Of a DNA stretch of 34,186 nt, positions 17,901-25,877 are shown in pieces. The notes under the pieces were generated by a model, which made no database searches, was not told the origin of the DNA, and saw nothing but the letters and a program-made list of their open reading frames with translations. The translations under genes were made by a program, and so were the position numbers. Source of the stretch: Bacteroidota bacterium (GTDB lineage Bacteria; Bacteroidota; Bacteroidia; Bacteroidales; PXBB01). Each line of letters begins with the position of its first letter. Position 1 is the first letter of the stretch. The stretch spans positions 1 to 34,186 of the forward strand of contig JAKIYU010000002.1 of NCBI GenBank assembly GCA_022708385.1. The letters run 5' to 3'.

Positions 17901-18213
17901 CGTTAATAGAACCCACAAAGACTACCCCGTTTTCGTTTAGGGCCAGGCAACTTACAGTATAGTTGCCTGTAACGCGTATAAGGCGCCAGTCAACCCCGTC
18001 GTATTCAAGCACACCATCGCCATTTGCGAAATAAAGCACACCTCTTTTATCCTGAACAATTGACCAGTTTTGCGAAAAAGCCTTGTATTCTCTGGGCGGA
18101 TAGTTTCTGATAAATGGTGTGCCTACCTCATGCTGCCTGTAATCCTGGGCTTTAATACCTGTATTACAAAGCACAACAGTCGTAAACAACAAAACAAAAA
18201 ATCGTTGTATCAT
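14941..18213 (-). CDS. Sensor adenylate cyclase: signal peptide, periplasmic beta-propeller (Reg_prop repeats) plus Y_Y_Y domain, one TM helix, coiled coil, class III cyclase domain
   Basis: 1090 aa. Repeated QD..G.LW..T..G propeller motifs. Y_Y_Y region YSYNSIIFEYASLYFYDES..YKHYLEGFDKKWSDW...YTNLPNGTYTFRVYS. TM helix FFAYIIYVILIFCFSYILI. Cyclase domain (about 15025-15564) has the metal Asp residues in VLFADFTGFT and GDSYMC, the substrate pair Lys (KTVGD) and Asp (YDIWGD) that indicates ATP, and the Asn/Arg in TVNTASRMES. Confidence 0.85.
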   Translation of the reverse strand: MIQRFFVLLFTTVVLCNTGIKAQDYRQHEVGTPFIRNYPPREYKAFSQNWSIVQDKRGVLYFANGDGVLEYDGVDWRLIRVTGNYTVSCLALNENGVVFVGSINELGYLAPDKKGQMTYFSLMPYIQEKTYDFGFIYNIYFTGADEMMIISSNNVSKLHFVNNVINITEYPKISNLYKISDILYSWDSEGGLGFFVKDSIFHLKNGDFFKDKYIQTILNFDKKNILVSTRDYGMYLVNKIDPANYNKALDIKKFATQIDNFLLKNRFQTAKNLRDGNFAFATSRAGTVIMDKQGNLVQILNKSIGIYNDTHYYIFQDAEGAIWLALDNGISKAEINSPISFWNDATGLKGSVLSVIRFNDIIYAATWQGVYYMDLKGLSNEAQNNHVDILAFKPVKGITSTCWDFLKIKLAQQPDILLTASTDGIFIINNDTSYNIYKGNTNKLHRIGQNTAYILAGLESGAVIIKMDTTGKNVTFSPPDTIEHITQRIISIGETRNGELWLGTQYNGVIHLKPCEADDTCKTGYKAVLYQNYKNKSLDGSVYINEYAGYLLFACENGLFYFCEDGTFKPYNTFLNKILSSQGVITVFKQDKKGNLWLQGTLKSSGEKLVLCVERKVDKTKFFSVLPFKPIPKAEIWNFYTESNGVTWICSDEGLYRYNANISFYYNKDFNTLIRRVVLENDSVFFGGYNLPFIHPFNMQPENSEPAEETHKISYSYNSIIFEYASLYFYDESQNQYKHYLEGFDKKWSDWTTEAKKEYTNLPNGTYTFRVYSKNIFDNEGKEAVFEFEILSPWYRTFFAYIIYVILIFCFSYILIKFSNKKLKEAKFKLENQVQSRTEELFKQKKELEKEKEKSDRLLLNILPYKIAEELKEKGFAKAKYYPNVSVLFADFTGFTQIAEQLDPELLIKELNKCFVYFDEVCVRHNLEKIKTVGDSYMCAGGIPIKNNTHAIDIVLAALEFLNFIKKLQEEQEKKGQTKWHLRIGIHTGEIIAGVVGKKKFAYDIWGDTVNTASRMESTSEPDKINISGATYRIVKDFFVCEYRGKVAAKHKGEVDMNFVYRIRPELSHDKEGFIPNIKFKEMYNQLLKE

Positions 18214-18257
18214 ATAAGTAAAATCAAAAGATAAAATTAATTAATATTTGTAATAAT

Positions 18258-19115
18258 TTATCTCGATGTATTATAATCTTTTGCAAATTCATTTAATACC
18301 CCTGTAATTTTTCTGCTTAGGGTATTGTAATAACGTTTCTTCTCAAAACCAAGCGCCCATCTTACACCCTGAATGGCATTCGTAAAAAAAACTTCATCGG
18401 CATTCTGCAAATCAAGCTCGCTAATCTGTGTTTCTATGGTTTTTAAATTTAGAACGGCAGCCAGGTTTTCAATAATGACCTGCCGCATGATGCCTTTTAC
18501 ACAAGCCTGATCCGGCGCAGGTGTCAGCAGTATGTTATCTTTTAGTATAAAAATATTTGAACTGATGCCTTCACATAAATTGTTCTGCTGGTTAATCAGC
18601 ACTGTTTCCCAACCGGGTTCACGTTTGTGCATGCCGGCCATTACATGTAACTGGGCGTAGGGGTTTTTAAACGGCGACAAGAGTGTGCAAGGTTTTGTAA
18701 TTTCTTTGTATATACTGATTAAAAAACCTTTTTCGTTCAGTTCGAAAGCATTTTGTGGTAAATGTTGTGCCTCAACCAGCGATACACCACAGTCGGAGTT
18801 GGGTGTATAATAGCCTCCTGATGTCCGCCATACACTATAACGGATACGCCCTCCGGATTTAATATTCTGGGCAGCTATAATGTTTTGTAATGTGTCGAAA
18901 AAATACAACGCATCTGCTTCGGGGGCTTTGATTTTTAATACCGATAAACCTGCTGTAAGCCTCTTGTGATGAAGCTCTTTAAAAAGTGGCCTGCCATTGT
19001 AAACGCGAATGGTTTCAAAAAGTCCGTCGCCGTATCTGAAAGCTCTGTTATTCAGTAAATAACTGAATTTCTTTGCGTCTTCGATTTGTCCGTTATAGAA
19101 TACTTTTTGACTCAA
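18258..19115 (-). CDS. Class IV (fold type IV) PLP enzyme, aminodeoxychorismate lyase-like
   Basis: 285 aa. N-terminal RAFRYGDGLFETIRV motif and C-terminal EGISSNIFILKDN..LTP......GIMRQ pattern typical of PabC/D-amino-acid/branched-chain aminotransferase relatives. The exact specificity cannot be decided by eye. Confidence 0.7.
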   Translation of the reverse strand: MSQKVFYNGQIEDAKKFSYLLNNRAFRYGDGLFETIRVYNGRPLFKELHHKRLTAGLSVLKIKAPEADALYFFDTLQNIIAAQNIKSGGRIRYSVWRTSGGYYTPNSDCGVSLVEAQHLPQNAFELNEKGFLISIYKEITKPCTLLSPFKNPYAQLHVMAGMHKREPGWETVLINQQNNLCEGISSNIFILKDNILLTPAPDQACVKGIMRQVIIENLAAVLNLKTIETQISELDLQNADEVFFTNAIQGVRWALGFEKKRYYNTLSRKITGVLNEFAKDYNTSR

Positions 19116-19117
19116 TA

Positions 19118-19732
19118 TCAGAAATTTAAAAGCTGGTGTAAAAACAAATTAAAAAGAGATGGCTTAAGCAAGCCGGTAAACACAAACCCAAAAATGGCGC
19201 CCCAGAAATGTACGTCATGTCCTATATTGTCATTGCCTCTTCGTGCCATATACCAGGAATAAACCAGATATATAATACCAAAAATATAAGCAGGTATGGG
19301 GATGGGTAACATCAGAAAAATTATTTCTCCCTGAGGAAACATAAGAATACTCGAAAACAACACGGCTGAAACTGCGCCCGATGCGCCAACTGCTGTATAG
19401 TAAGGGTTGTGCTTCTGCTTTTCGAACGAAGGTATTACGGAAATGAAAACCCCTCCTACATAAAGCAAAATAAAATACAAAAGGGCTTTCCCACCAAAAA
19501 TATATGAAAACAACGTGAAAACATTGCTGCCAAATGAGAAAAAAACAAACATGTTGATAAGCAGATGCCCCCAGTCGGCATGCAATAGAGCATAGGTCAG
19601 AAAACGATGCCAGTCCTTGTTTACACTCATGCCATAAGGGTCGAAACGAAGCCGGTCAAACAACCTGCGGTCCTGAAAGGCCGCAATGGATGTGATAACT
19701 GTTCCGGCTATAATAATGTAAATGAGATACAT
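19118..19732 (-). CDS. Rhomboid-family intramembrane serine protease
   Basis: 204 aa with six predicted TM helices. H...N motif in WGHLLINMF, catalytic GASGAV, and a distal His in HDVHFWGAIFG. Confidence 0.85.
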   Translation of the reverse strand: MYLIYIIIAGTVITSIAAFQDRRLFDRLRFDPYGMSVNKDWHRFLTYALLHADWGHLLINMFVFFSFGSNVFTLFSYIFGGKALLYFILLYVGGVFISVIPSFEKQKHNPYYTAVGASGAVSAVLFSSILMFPQGEIIFLMLPIPIPAYIFGIIYLVYSWYMARRGNDNIGHDVHFWGAIFGFVFTGLLKPSLFNLFLHQLLNF

Positions 19733-19733
19733 G

Positions 19734-20948
19734 TCAGAAACTGGTTAGTTCGTTAAAGATTTCTATGGCAAAATGGTCGGTTAAACTGGCTATAAAGTCA
19801 ATGATTGCCTGGCGGTACTCATTGTGAATTTTTAAATTATATAGAAATTTGTTCTGGTATTTTAAGCCCTGGTCCGATTGAATTGATGTGGCCTCGTATT
19901 TTTTAAGCCATTGGGTAAAGGATAAAACCAACTTTGGATATATAGGTTGAAATTCTGCCAGTTTTTTGTATGTGTTTAAGTCGTCATAATATTCGTCGAG
20001 GGCTTCGTAAATAGAATAAATAATTAGCTCGGCATATTTCTCATAACTTCTCAGTCGCTTATGATTGTATATATGCTCATAATTGAATTTCTTTACATTA
20101 TTAATAAGTTGCAGGTTTTTTTCTGAAAAGCTGATGCCCTTTTCGGGGGTGCTGTTCTCGCATAGGTCAATTATAAAATCGTGCATGAGAATAGTGTTGT
20201 TTATAGCCTTGATATTCTCACCTGCAATTTTTTTTAAGTCGTTAAGTTGTGCGCTGGTTAAAATATTTAAGGTAAGGGCGTCTTCAATGTCGCGGCCGAG
20301 GTACGAAATTTTATCTGCAATTTTAACAATACATCCTTCCCAGGTAAAGGGCGCATACTGGTTGGGTTTTTCTATCTGGTTCAGATCAATGGCTTCCTCG
20401 CGTGGAAACAGGGCGTTTTCGTTAACTTCGCCGCAGTGTGAAACAATACCATCGCGTACCGCATAGGTCAGGTTCAGGTTTTTCAGTTTACCTTGGCTGT
20501 CTTCGAGGGTTTCAATTTTATCAATAACCCGCAGGCTGTTTTTTTCGTGCCAGAAATTGTCGTTAATAAGCTCTTTTGTGATTTTTTTTATGATACGCTC
20601 GCCAGAATGCCCGAAAGGAGCATGCCCAAGGTCGTGCCCCAGAGCTATGGCCATAGTCAGCTGGGTGTTAAGGCCAAGAAATTTAGAAATGGTAAAGCTT
20701 ACCGATGAAACATGATTAACATGCTCAATGCGTGTACAAATATTGTCGTTTTGGGTTGCAAAAAAAACCTGGGTTTTGTGTTTAAGCCTTCGGTAAGCTG
20801 TACAATGAAGGATACGGTTGTAGTCGCGCTCAAATTCGGTGCGTATTTCATGTCGCCTGTAATAAATGTCGTTTTCTCTTTTAACAGCAGCTTCCCATTT
20901 GGGATTTTCGCGCAACATGGCCACACCTGAAAATAAATTTTCTTTCAT
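19734..20948 (-). CDS. dgt: dGTPase-like HD-domain triphosphohydrolase (Dgt family)
   Basis: 404 aa. Typical start RT.FERDYNRILHC.AYRRLKHKTQVF, then RIEHVNHV and GHDLGHAPFGHSGE HD signatures, and the C-terminal IDFIASLTDHFA motif. Confidence 0.82.
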   Translation of the reverse strand: MKENLFSGVAMLRENPKWEAAVKRENDIYYRRHEIRTEFERDYNRILHCTAYRRLKHKTQVFFATQNDNICTRIEHVNHVSSVSFTISKFLGLNTQLTMAIALGHDLGHAPFGHSGERIIKKITKELINDNFWHEKNSLRVIDKIETLEDSQGKLKNLNLTYAVRDGIVSHCGEVNENALFPREEAIDLNQIEKPNQYAPFTWEGCIVKIADKISYLGRDIEDALTLNILTSAQLNDLKKIAGENIKAINNTILMHDFIIDLCENSTPEKGISFSEKNLQLINNVKKFNYEHIYNHKRLRSYEKYAELIIYSIYEALDEYYDDLNTYKKLAEFQPIYPKLVLSFTQWLKKYEATSIQSDQGLKYQNKFLYNLKIHNEYRQAIIDFIASLTDHFAIEIFNELTSF

Positions 20949-20979
20949 TAAATTAAACCTATTTATAATTTAGCAATAC

Positions 20980-22860
20980 TTAGTTGTAATCTAATTGTTC
21001 AAATACAGAATTGTTGCTTTTATATTCAGGTACTATTTGTTTCATTTTCCTTACGATGTTCATTTTGTCGTTTTGTGCCGACTCACGAACAAGGGCCTCA
21101 ATTTCATGACTTATGGTGTCGAAATCGTAAGTGCGCACTTTGGCAATCATTATCTGCGGATGGTGGGTGGGCAAAGTGTTTTCTTCGCTGTTAAGGAGTT
21201 CTTCATAAAGTTTTTCGCCAGGCCGCAGGCCTGTGGTCACTATTTGAATATCTTTGCCCAGTGTTAACCCCGACAGTTTAATCATTTTTTTGGCAAGGTC
21301 AATAATTTTAACGGAATGTCCCATATCGAAAATGTAAATTTCGCCGCCATTACCCATGGCACCGGCCTCAAGCACTAACTGGCAGGCTTCGGGAATGGTC
21401 ATAAAATAACGGGTAACATCGGGGTGGGTAATGGTTATGGGGCCTCCTTTTTCTATTTGTTGCTTAAAAAGAGTTACAACAGAGCCGTTTGAACCCAACA
21501 CATTTCCAAAACGAGTAGTAATAAATTTGGTAGTACTTTTCTGATTTAGGGCTTGTACATAAATTTCGGCAATTCTTTTAGAAGCTCCCATCACACTGGT
21601 TGGGTTTACTGCTTTATCGGTCGAGACCATAACAAATTTCGACACCTTGTATTTTACAGCCAGATTGGCAAGCAATAAAGTTCCCCTGATATTTGTCGAT
21701 ACGGCTTCCTCAGGGTTGCTCTCCATCATGGGTACATGCTTATATGCAGCTGCATGATAAATATAATCGGGTTTATATTTCTGAAATATATCCTCCATTT
21801 TTGCATTGTCGCGTATGTCGCCAATAATTACCTCAAAAGGACAATGTTTTAATTTACTGTTGAGTTCTGTTTCAAGATAGAAGAGGGGCGATTCGGCCTG
21901 GTCGAGCAAAATAAGTTTCTTAGGCATAAAACCAGTGAGCTGCCGCGAAATTTCACTTCCTATAGAGCCTGCTGCACCGCTAACTAGTACCACTTTGTCG
22001 AGCAGGTCTTTTTTTATGCGTTTCTCATCGAGCTTGATAGGGTCGCGTTCAAGCAAATCTTCAATGTTAACTTTTTTTATCTGCTTAAAACTTAATTCGC
22101 CGTTTATCCAGTTGCCGACTTTAGGCACATTGAGCACTTTTGTATTATAACTAAGGCAAGTTTCTATGATGGCTTTTTTCTTTTCAGGCTTCAGATTTTG
22201 AATTGACAAAATAAGATGTGCAACGGTATTGGTTTTCAAAAGAGACTCCAACTCTTTTAGCGCATAAATAGGGACATCTTCAATTTTCTTTCCTATTTTC
22301 ATGATGTCTTCATCCAAAAAAGCAAGTACTTTATATTTGGTGCCGGCATCCCTGTCGATAGCCCTTTTAGCAATAACGCCACCTTCTCCTGCACCGAAAA
22401 TAATCACATTGGTTTTTTTACTCGATGGATTGTTGAGTTCAAGGTAAGTCATTTTTACGATTATTCTGAAGACCGTTAAAGCAAAGGTGCAGGTAATAAA
22501 ATCAATAATTACGATTGAAAAAGGAATGAGAAACTTACGGTCGAAAAAATAAAAAAGGACAAGGTTTACAATAGAAAAAATGATTCCCGAAATCAACACG
22601 GCAATCATTACCCTTAGGGCGTCCCTGGTGCTGGTATAACGAATAATTCCGGCGTTTGTACCCATAATCAGGAAAACAATACCCTTAATGCAGAGAACGT
22701 AAGGTATAATATAGGGGAGTAATATGGTTTCCCTTTCGGGCAATACAAAATTAAAACGCAGCAAATAGGCAAGTATGAGTGTGAAGAAACAAAGTATAAG
22801 GTCGATAAACCATATCAACCATTTGGGCATTTGCCTGTCGAAAAAAATCTTATAGAACAT
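20980..22860 (-). CDS. Membrane-anchored polysaccharide biosynthesis protein, CapD/PglF/WbpM-type NDP-sugar 4,6-dehydratase
   Basis: 626 aa with about four N-terminal TM helices. Two Rossmann regions (IIFGAGEGG and VLVSGAAGSIGSE). Block YHAAAYKHVPMME...STDKAVNPTSVMGASKR typical of this family. Confidence 0.85.
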   Translation of the reverse strand: MFYKIFFDRQMPKWLIWFIDLILCFFTLILAYLLRFNFVLPERETILLPYIIPYVLCIKGIVFLIMGTNAGIIRYTSTRDALRVMIAVLISGIIFSIVNLVLFYFFDRKFLIPFSIVIIDFITCTFALTVFRIIVKMTYLELNNPSSKKTNVIIFGAGEGGVIAKRAIDRDAGTKYKVLAFLDEDIMKIGKKIEDVPIYALKELESLLKTNTVAHLILSIQNLKPEKKKAIIETCLSYNTKVLNVPKVGNWINGELSFKQIKKVNIEDLLERDPIKLDEKRIKKDLLDKVVLVSGAAGSIGSEISRQLTGFMPKKLILLDQAESPLFYLETELNSKLKHCPFEVIIGDIRDNAKMEDIFQKYKPDYIYHAAAYKHVPMMESNPEEAVSTNIRGTLLLANLAVKYKVSKFVMVSTDKAVNPTSVMGASKRIAEIYVQALNQKSTTKFITTRFGNVLGSNGSVVTLFKQQIEKGGPITITHPDVTRYFMTIPEACQLVLEAGAMGNGGEIYIFDMGHSVKIIDLAKKMIKLSGLTLGKDIQIVTTGLRPGEKLYEELLNSEENTLPTHHPQIMIAKVRTYDFDTISHEIEALVRESAQNDKMNIVRKMKQIVPEYKSNNSVFEQLDYN

Positions 22861-22862
22861 TT

Positions 22863-24074
22863 TTAATCAATATTTAAAACATGCCCAAGCTTTTGCTGTT
22901 TTGTTTTCAGGTATTTTAAATTGTATTTATTGGGTTTTATCCTGATGGGAATGATTTCAACAACCTCAATGCCATAAGCCGACAGTCCTACTTTTTTGGT
23001 GTAGTTGTTTGTAATAAGCCTCAATTTATTGGCTTTGAGGTCTCTCAGTATTTGTGCGCCGATACCGTAATCTCTTTCATCGGCTTTAAAACCCAGAGCT
23101 TTGTTGGCCTGAACGGTATCCATCCCTTTGTCCTGTAAGTGATATGCTTTCAGCTTGTTGATTAGACCTATTCCTCTGCCTTCCTGGTTCAAGTATAAGA
23201 TGATGCCCTTCCCTTCTTTTTCTATCATTTGCATGGCAGCATGCAGCTGAGACCCGCAATCGCATTTACAGGAGCCGAAAATATCGCCGGTGACGCACGA
23301 AGAATGCACCCTTACCATAATGGGCTCATCTTTGGCCCATTGCCCTTTTACCAGGGCGAGATGTTCCAGATTATTGGTAATTTGTTTGTAAGCGATTAGT
23401 TCAAAATTACCCCATTCGGTAGGTAAGGTTGTGCTTACCTGTTTTTCAATAAGGCTGTCGTTTTTAATTCTGTAGGCAATAAGGTCTTTTATAGTAATGA
23501 TTTTCAGCTTGAATTTTTTGGCAATTTTTATCAGTTGAGGCAGTCGAGCCATGGTGCCGTCTTCATTCATTATTTCGACAAGAGCGCCAACTGGTTCCAG
23601 TCCGGCCAGTCGCGTAAGATCAGTAGCAGCTTCGGTGTGACCTGCCCTTCTCAAAACACCACTTTCTTTTGCTTTTAATGGAAAAATATGGCCGGGTCTT
23701 CCCAAATCGTCGGGCTTAGTGTTTTTATTAGCAAGCGCTTTGAGTGTTTTTGCCCTGTCGCTTGCCGAAATCCCTGTAGTACAGCCCTGTCCGAGAAGGT
23801 CAACAGAAACGGTAAAAGAGGTTTCGTGACTGGACGTGTTTTTGGTTACCATCAGGTCGAGGTCAAGTTCCTTGCAACGCTCTTCGGTAAGTGTGGCGCA
23901 TATAAGGCCCCGCCCGTGCATGGCCATAAAATTGACCATATCGGTGGTAATTAACTGGGCAGCCGCAATAAAGTCACCTTCATTTTCTCTGTCCTCGTCA
24001 TCAACAACAATGATGAATTTTCCTTTCCGGATGTCTTCAATAGCTTCTTTAATGGTATTAAACGTTTTTTTCAT
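22863..24074 (-). CDS. ribBA: Bifunctional 3,4-dihydroxy-2-butanone-4-phosphate synthase / GTP cyclohydrolase II
   Basis: 403 aa. RibB motifs [11 protein letters not shown] and HTEAA. RibA Zn motif [20 protein letters not shown] and NQEGRGIGL. Confidence 0.95.
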   Translation of the reverse strand: MKKTFNTIKEAIEDIRKGKFIIVVDDEDRENEGDFIAAAQLITTDMVNFMAMHGRGLICATLTEERCKELDLDLMVTKNTSSHETSFTVSVDLLGQGCTTGISASDRAKTLKALANKNTKPDDLGRPGHIFPLKAKESGVLRRAGHTEAATDLTRLAGLEPVGALVEIMNEDGTMARLPQLIKIAKKFKLKIITIKDLIAYRIKNDSLIEKQVSTTLPTEWGNFELIAYKQITNNLEHLALVKGQWAKDEPIMVRVHSSCVTGDIFGSCKCDCGSQLHAAMQMIEKEGKGIILYLNQEGRGIGLINKLKAYHLQDKGMDTVQANKALGFKADERDYGIGAQILRDLKANKLRLITNNYTKKVGLSAYGIEVVEIIPIRIKPNKYNLKYLKTKQQKLGHVLNID

Positions 24075-24112
24075 TTAGAGTCCAGATTATCTCAAATAAG
24101 TTGTGAATCACA

Positions 24113-24120
24113 CAAAATTA
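24113..24120 (-). promoter_or_regulatory. Candidate -7 promoter box (TAATTTTG on the minus strand) for ribBA and the downstream array
   Basis: Plus-strand caaaatta is TAATTTTG on the minus strand, an exact TAnnTTTG match. It lies 38 nt upstream of the ribBA ATG (24074) and just downstream of the DUF1573 terminator. I found no clear -33 TTTG. Confidence 0.35.
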
Positions 24121-24151
24121 GATTAAATTTTTATAGAATAGGGGGTAGGGG

Positions 24152-24188
24152 TAAAAAAAAAAGCAGGTATAACAAATACCTGCTTTTC
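24152..24188 (-). terminator. Rho-independent terminator of the DUF1573 gene
   Basis: The minus strand reads aaaagcaggtat-ttgtt-atacctgctttt followed by a long T tract (the plus-strand A run 24152-24161). The core stem agcaggtat/atacctgct (24162-24170 / 24176-24184) is perfect. It lies about 17 nt past the stop. Confidence 0.7.
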
Positions 24189-24204
24189 TAATTAAGTTTT
24201 TTTG

Positions 24205-24645
24205 CTACTCTGTTTTTGGTGCAGCCGGATCTTCATAAACTTCACCCTCAAGTCTCAAAATAACAGTGTTATTGCTGGCATTTGAAAACACAGTAATGCT
24301 TTTGTTAATTGTGTGAGCTCTGTTCATTGTAGTGTACTTTACATCTATAACCCCTGAACCACCGGGAGGAATGGGTTCTTTAGGCCAGGATGGTACGGTA
24401 CATCCGCATGAAGCTTTCACATTGCTTAAAATTAGAGGTTCTTTACCGGTGTTTGTAAATTTGAACTGGCAAGAACCATCGCCGTTTATCGGAACTTTAC
24501 CGTAGTTGTGTACCTCGCTCTCGAATTTGATAACAGGAGCATTGGGATTGTCTTGTTTAACGGGCTCCACTGGCTGCGTATTTTGTCCTATAACACTTGT
24601 AAAGGCTATAGTGGCAAGAATTAATACTGAAAACAACTTTTTCAT
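24205..24645 (-). CDS. Secreted DUF1573-domain protein
   Basis: 146 aa. Signal peptide, then the DUF1573 pattern FESEVHNYGKV..G....FKFTNTGKEPLILSNVKASCGCTVP.WPKEPI.PG..G.I.V.Y. Confidence 0.8.
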   Translation of the reverse strand: MKKLFSVLILATIAFTSVIGQNTQPVEPVKQDNPNAPVIKFESEVHNYGKVPINGDGSCQFKFTNTGKEPLILSNVKASCGCTVPSWPKEPIPPGGSGVIDVKYTTMNRAHTINKSITVFSNASNNTVILRLEGEVYEDPAAPKTE

Positions 24646-24690
24646 AGTTTAATTTTTTAATGATTTTTGGGTTAATGAAAAATGTAAAAA

Positions 24691-24698
24691 CAAAAATA
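24691..24698 (-). promoter_or_regulatory. Candidate -7 promoter box (TATTTTTG on the minus strand) for the DUF1573 gene
   Basis: Plus-strand caaaaata is TATTTTTG on the minus strand, an exact TAnnTTTG match, 45 nt upstream of the ATG at 24645. Confidence 0.35.
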
Positions 24699-24749
24699 TG
24701 ACATTTTATTCAATAATCATACCTTAGAAATGTTATTTTTTATTAAAAA

Positions 24750-25850
24750 TTAATTAAAAAATTTTAACAGATTCTCAGTTACATAACGAATTTCAGTGTC
24801 GTTCATTTCGGGATATATAGGAAGAGACAACACTTTGTCTGTAATCTGAGGGGCGAAATTTATATGTGAGGCCCTGTATTTATAACCATGGAATAACGGG
24901 TGTTCGTATAACAGGGTGTTGTAGTGAATTAAAGTTTGAATACCCTTATCGCTGAGATATGTCCTTAGATCATCTCTTTTGTTGGTCAGAATAACATATT
25001 TGTGAAAAACACTTCTCTCTTTTTGAATATATTGTATGTCCGAAAGTGTATCAATAGTTGCATTATAAGCTTCTGCCACTTGAATTCTTTTTTTGATAAA
25101 AGTACCCATAAGGGTGAGCTGGTAGCTTAAAAAGGCTGCCTGAAAGTCAGATATACGGCTGTTAAATCCTAAAATATCATGCTGCCCTGTTTTTCTGTTT
25201 TTTCCCTGGTTGCCAAGTTTTTTTAATAGTTCGAAAAGGCTTTCATCGTCAGTAAGGGCAGCACCGGCAGTGCCAAAGCCGCCTATAATTTTTGTAGGGT
25301 CGAAGCTGACGCAACTGATGTGGCTCTGTGTGCCTGCTTTTATGCCTGCATCATTGGTGCTGCCCAGCGAATGGGCATTGTCTTCAATAAGAAAAATGTT
25401 TCTTTCGCAGGCTGTTTTAAATATATCCTGAACAGGACAAGTGGCACCAAATAAGTGAACAAAAATGATGGCTTTTGTTTTGGGTGTAATTTTTTTTATA
25501 AGGTCATCGGCGTCCATCGAGAGGGTGTCGCTGCGTATATCGGTAAACACGGGCACCGCACCTGCTTGTAAAACAGGTGTTACAGTGGCAATAAATGAAA
25601 AAGAAGGCACAATAACCTCATCGCCGGGTTTTACACCTGCTGCCAAAAGCGAAAAATACAAAGCTTCGGTACAGCTTGAAACAGTAACAGCATACTTACG
25701 TGAGCAAAAGCGTGCAAGCTCCTGTTCGAAAGCCTGTACTTTACTTCCCATTATATACTGACCGGACAAGCCGACTTCGTTAAAAAGCCCGGTCAGTTCA
25801 GGGGTGTGTTCTTTAAAAAAACGTTTCAGGCCGTAGAAGGGAATATCCAT
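24750..25850 (-). CDS. DegT/DnrJ/EryC1/StrS-family PLP-dependent sugar aminotransferase
   Basis: The track ORF extends to 25985. I trim it to the ATG at 25850 (MDIPFYGLKR...), giving 366 aa. The family pattern is present, including SFDPTKIIGG with the PLP Lys. The trimmed start removes the overlap with the divergent GNAT gene and sits 27 nt downstream of a TAnnTTTG box. Confidence 0.85.
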   Translation of the reverse strand: MDIPFYGLKRFFKEHTPELTGLFNEVGLSGQYIMGSKVQAFEQELARFCSRKYAVTVSSCTEALYFSLLAAGVKPGDEVIVPSFSFIATVTPVLQAGAVPVFTDIRSDTLSMDADDLIKKITPKTKAIIFVHLFGATCPVQDIFKTACERNIFLIEDNAHSLGSTNDAGIKAGTQSHISCVSFDPTKIIGGFGTAGAALTDDESLFELLKKLGNQGKNRKTGQHDILGFNSRISDFQAAFLSYQLTLMGTFIKKRIQVAEAYNATIDTLSDIQYIQKERSVFHKYVILTNKRDDLRTYLSDKGIQTLIHYNTLLYEHPLFHGYKYRASHINFAPQITDKVLSLPIYPEMNDTEIRYVTENLLKFFN

Positions 25851-25877
25851 TTGTAAATATAAAAGATTAACTTTACA

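Noticed and set aside
14941-18213. Cyclase as part of a Pycsar/CBASS-like antiphage signalling system
   Set aside because: This is a 1090-aa periplasmic-sensor class III cyclase with an adenine-specifying Lys/Asp pair. It is not a small cytosolic pyrimidine cyclase or CD-NTase. No TIR, TM-pore, nuclease or phospholipase effector is adjacent, and the surroundings are core genes.
24102-24112. CRP-type cAMP receptor binding site (TGTGA / TCACA half-sites), which is tempting given the nearby adenylate cyclase
   Set aside because: The half-sites are separated by 1 nt rather than the 6 nt of CRP-family sites, so it is not a CRP box. It is kept only as a generic palindrome in the findings.
24075-24151. 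FMN riboswitch upstream of ribBA
   Set aside because: Only 77 nt are available between the upstream terminator and the ATG, too short for the multi-helix FMN element. I could not see its conserved core sequences.
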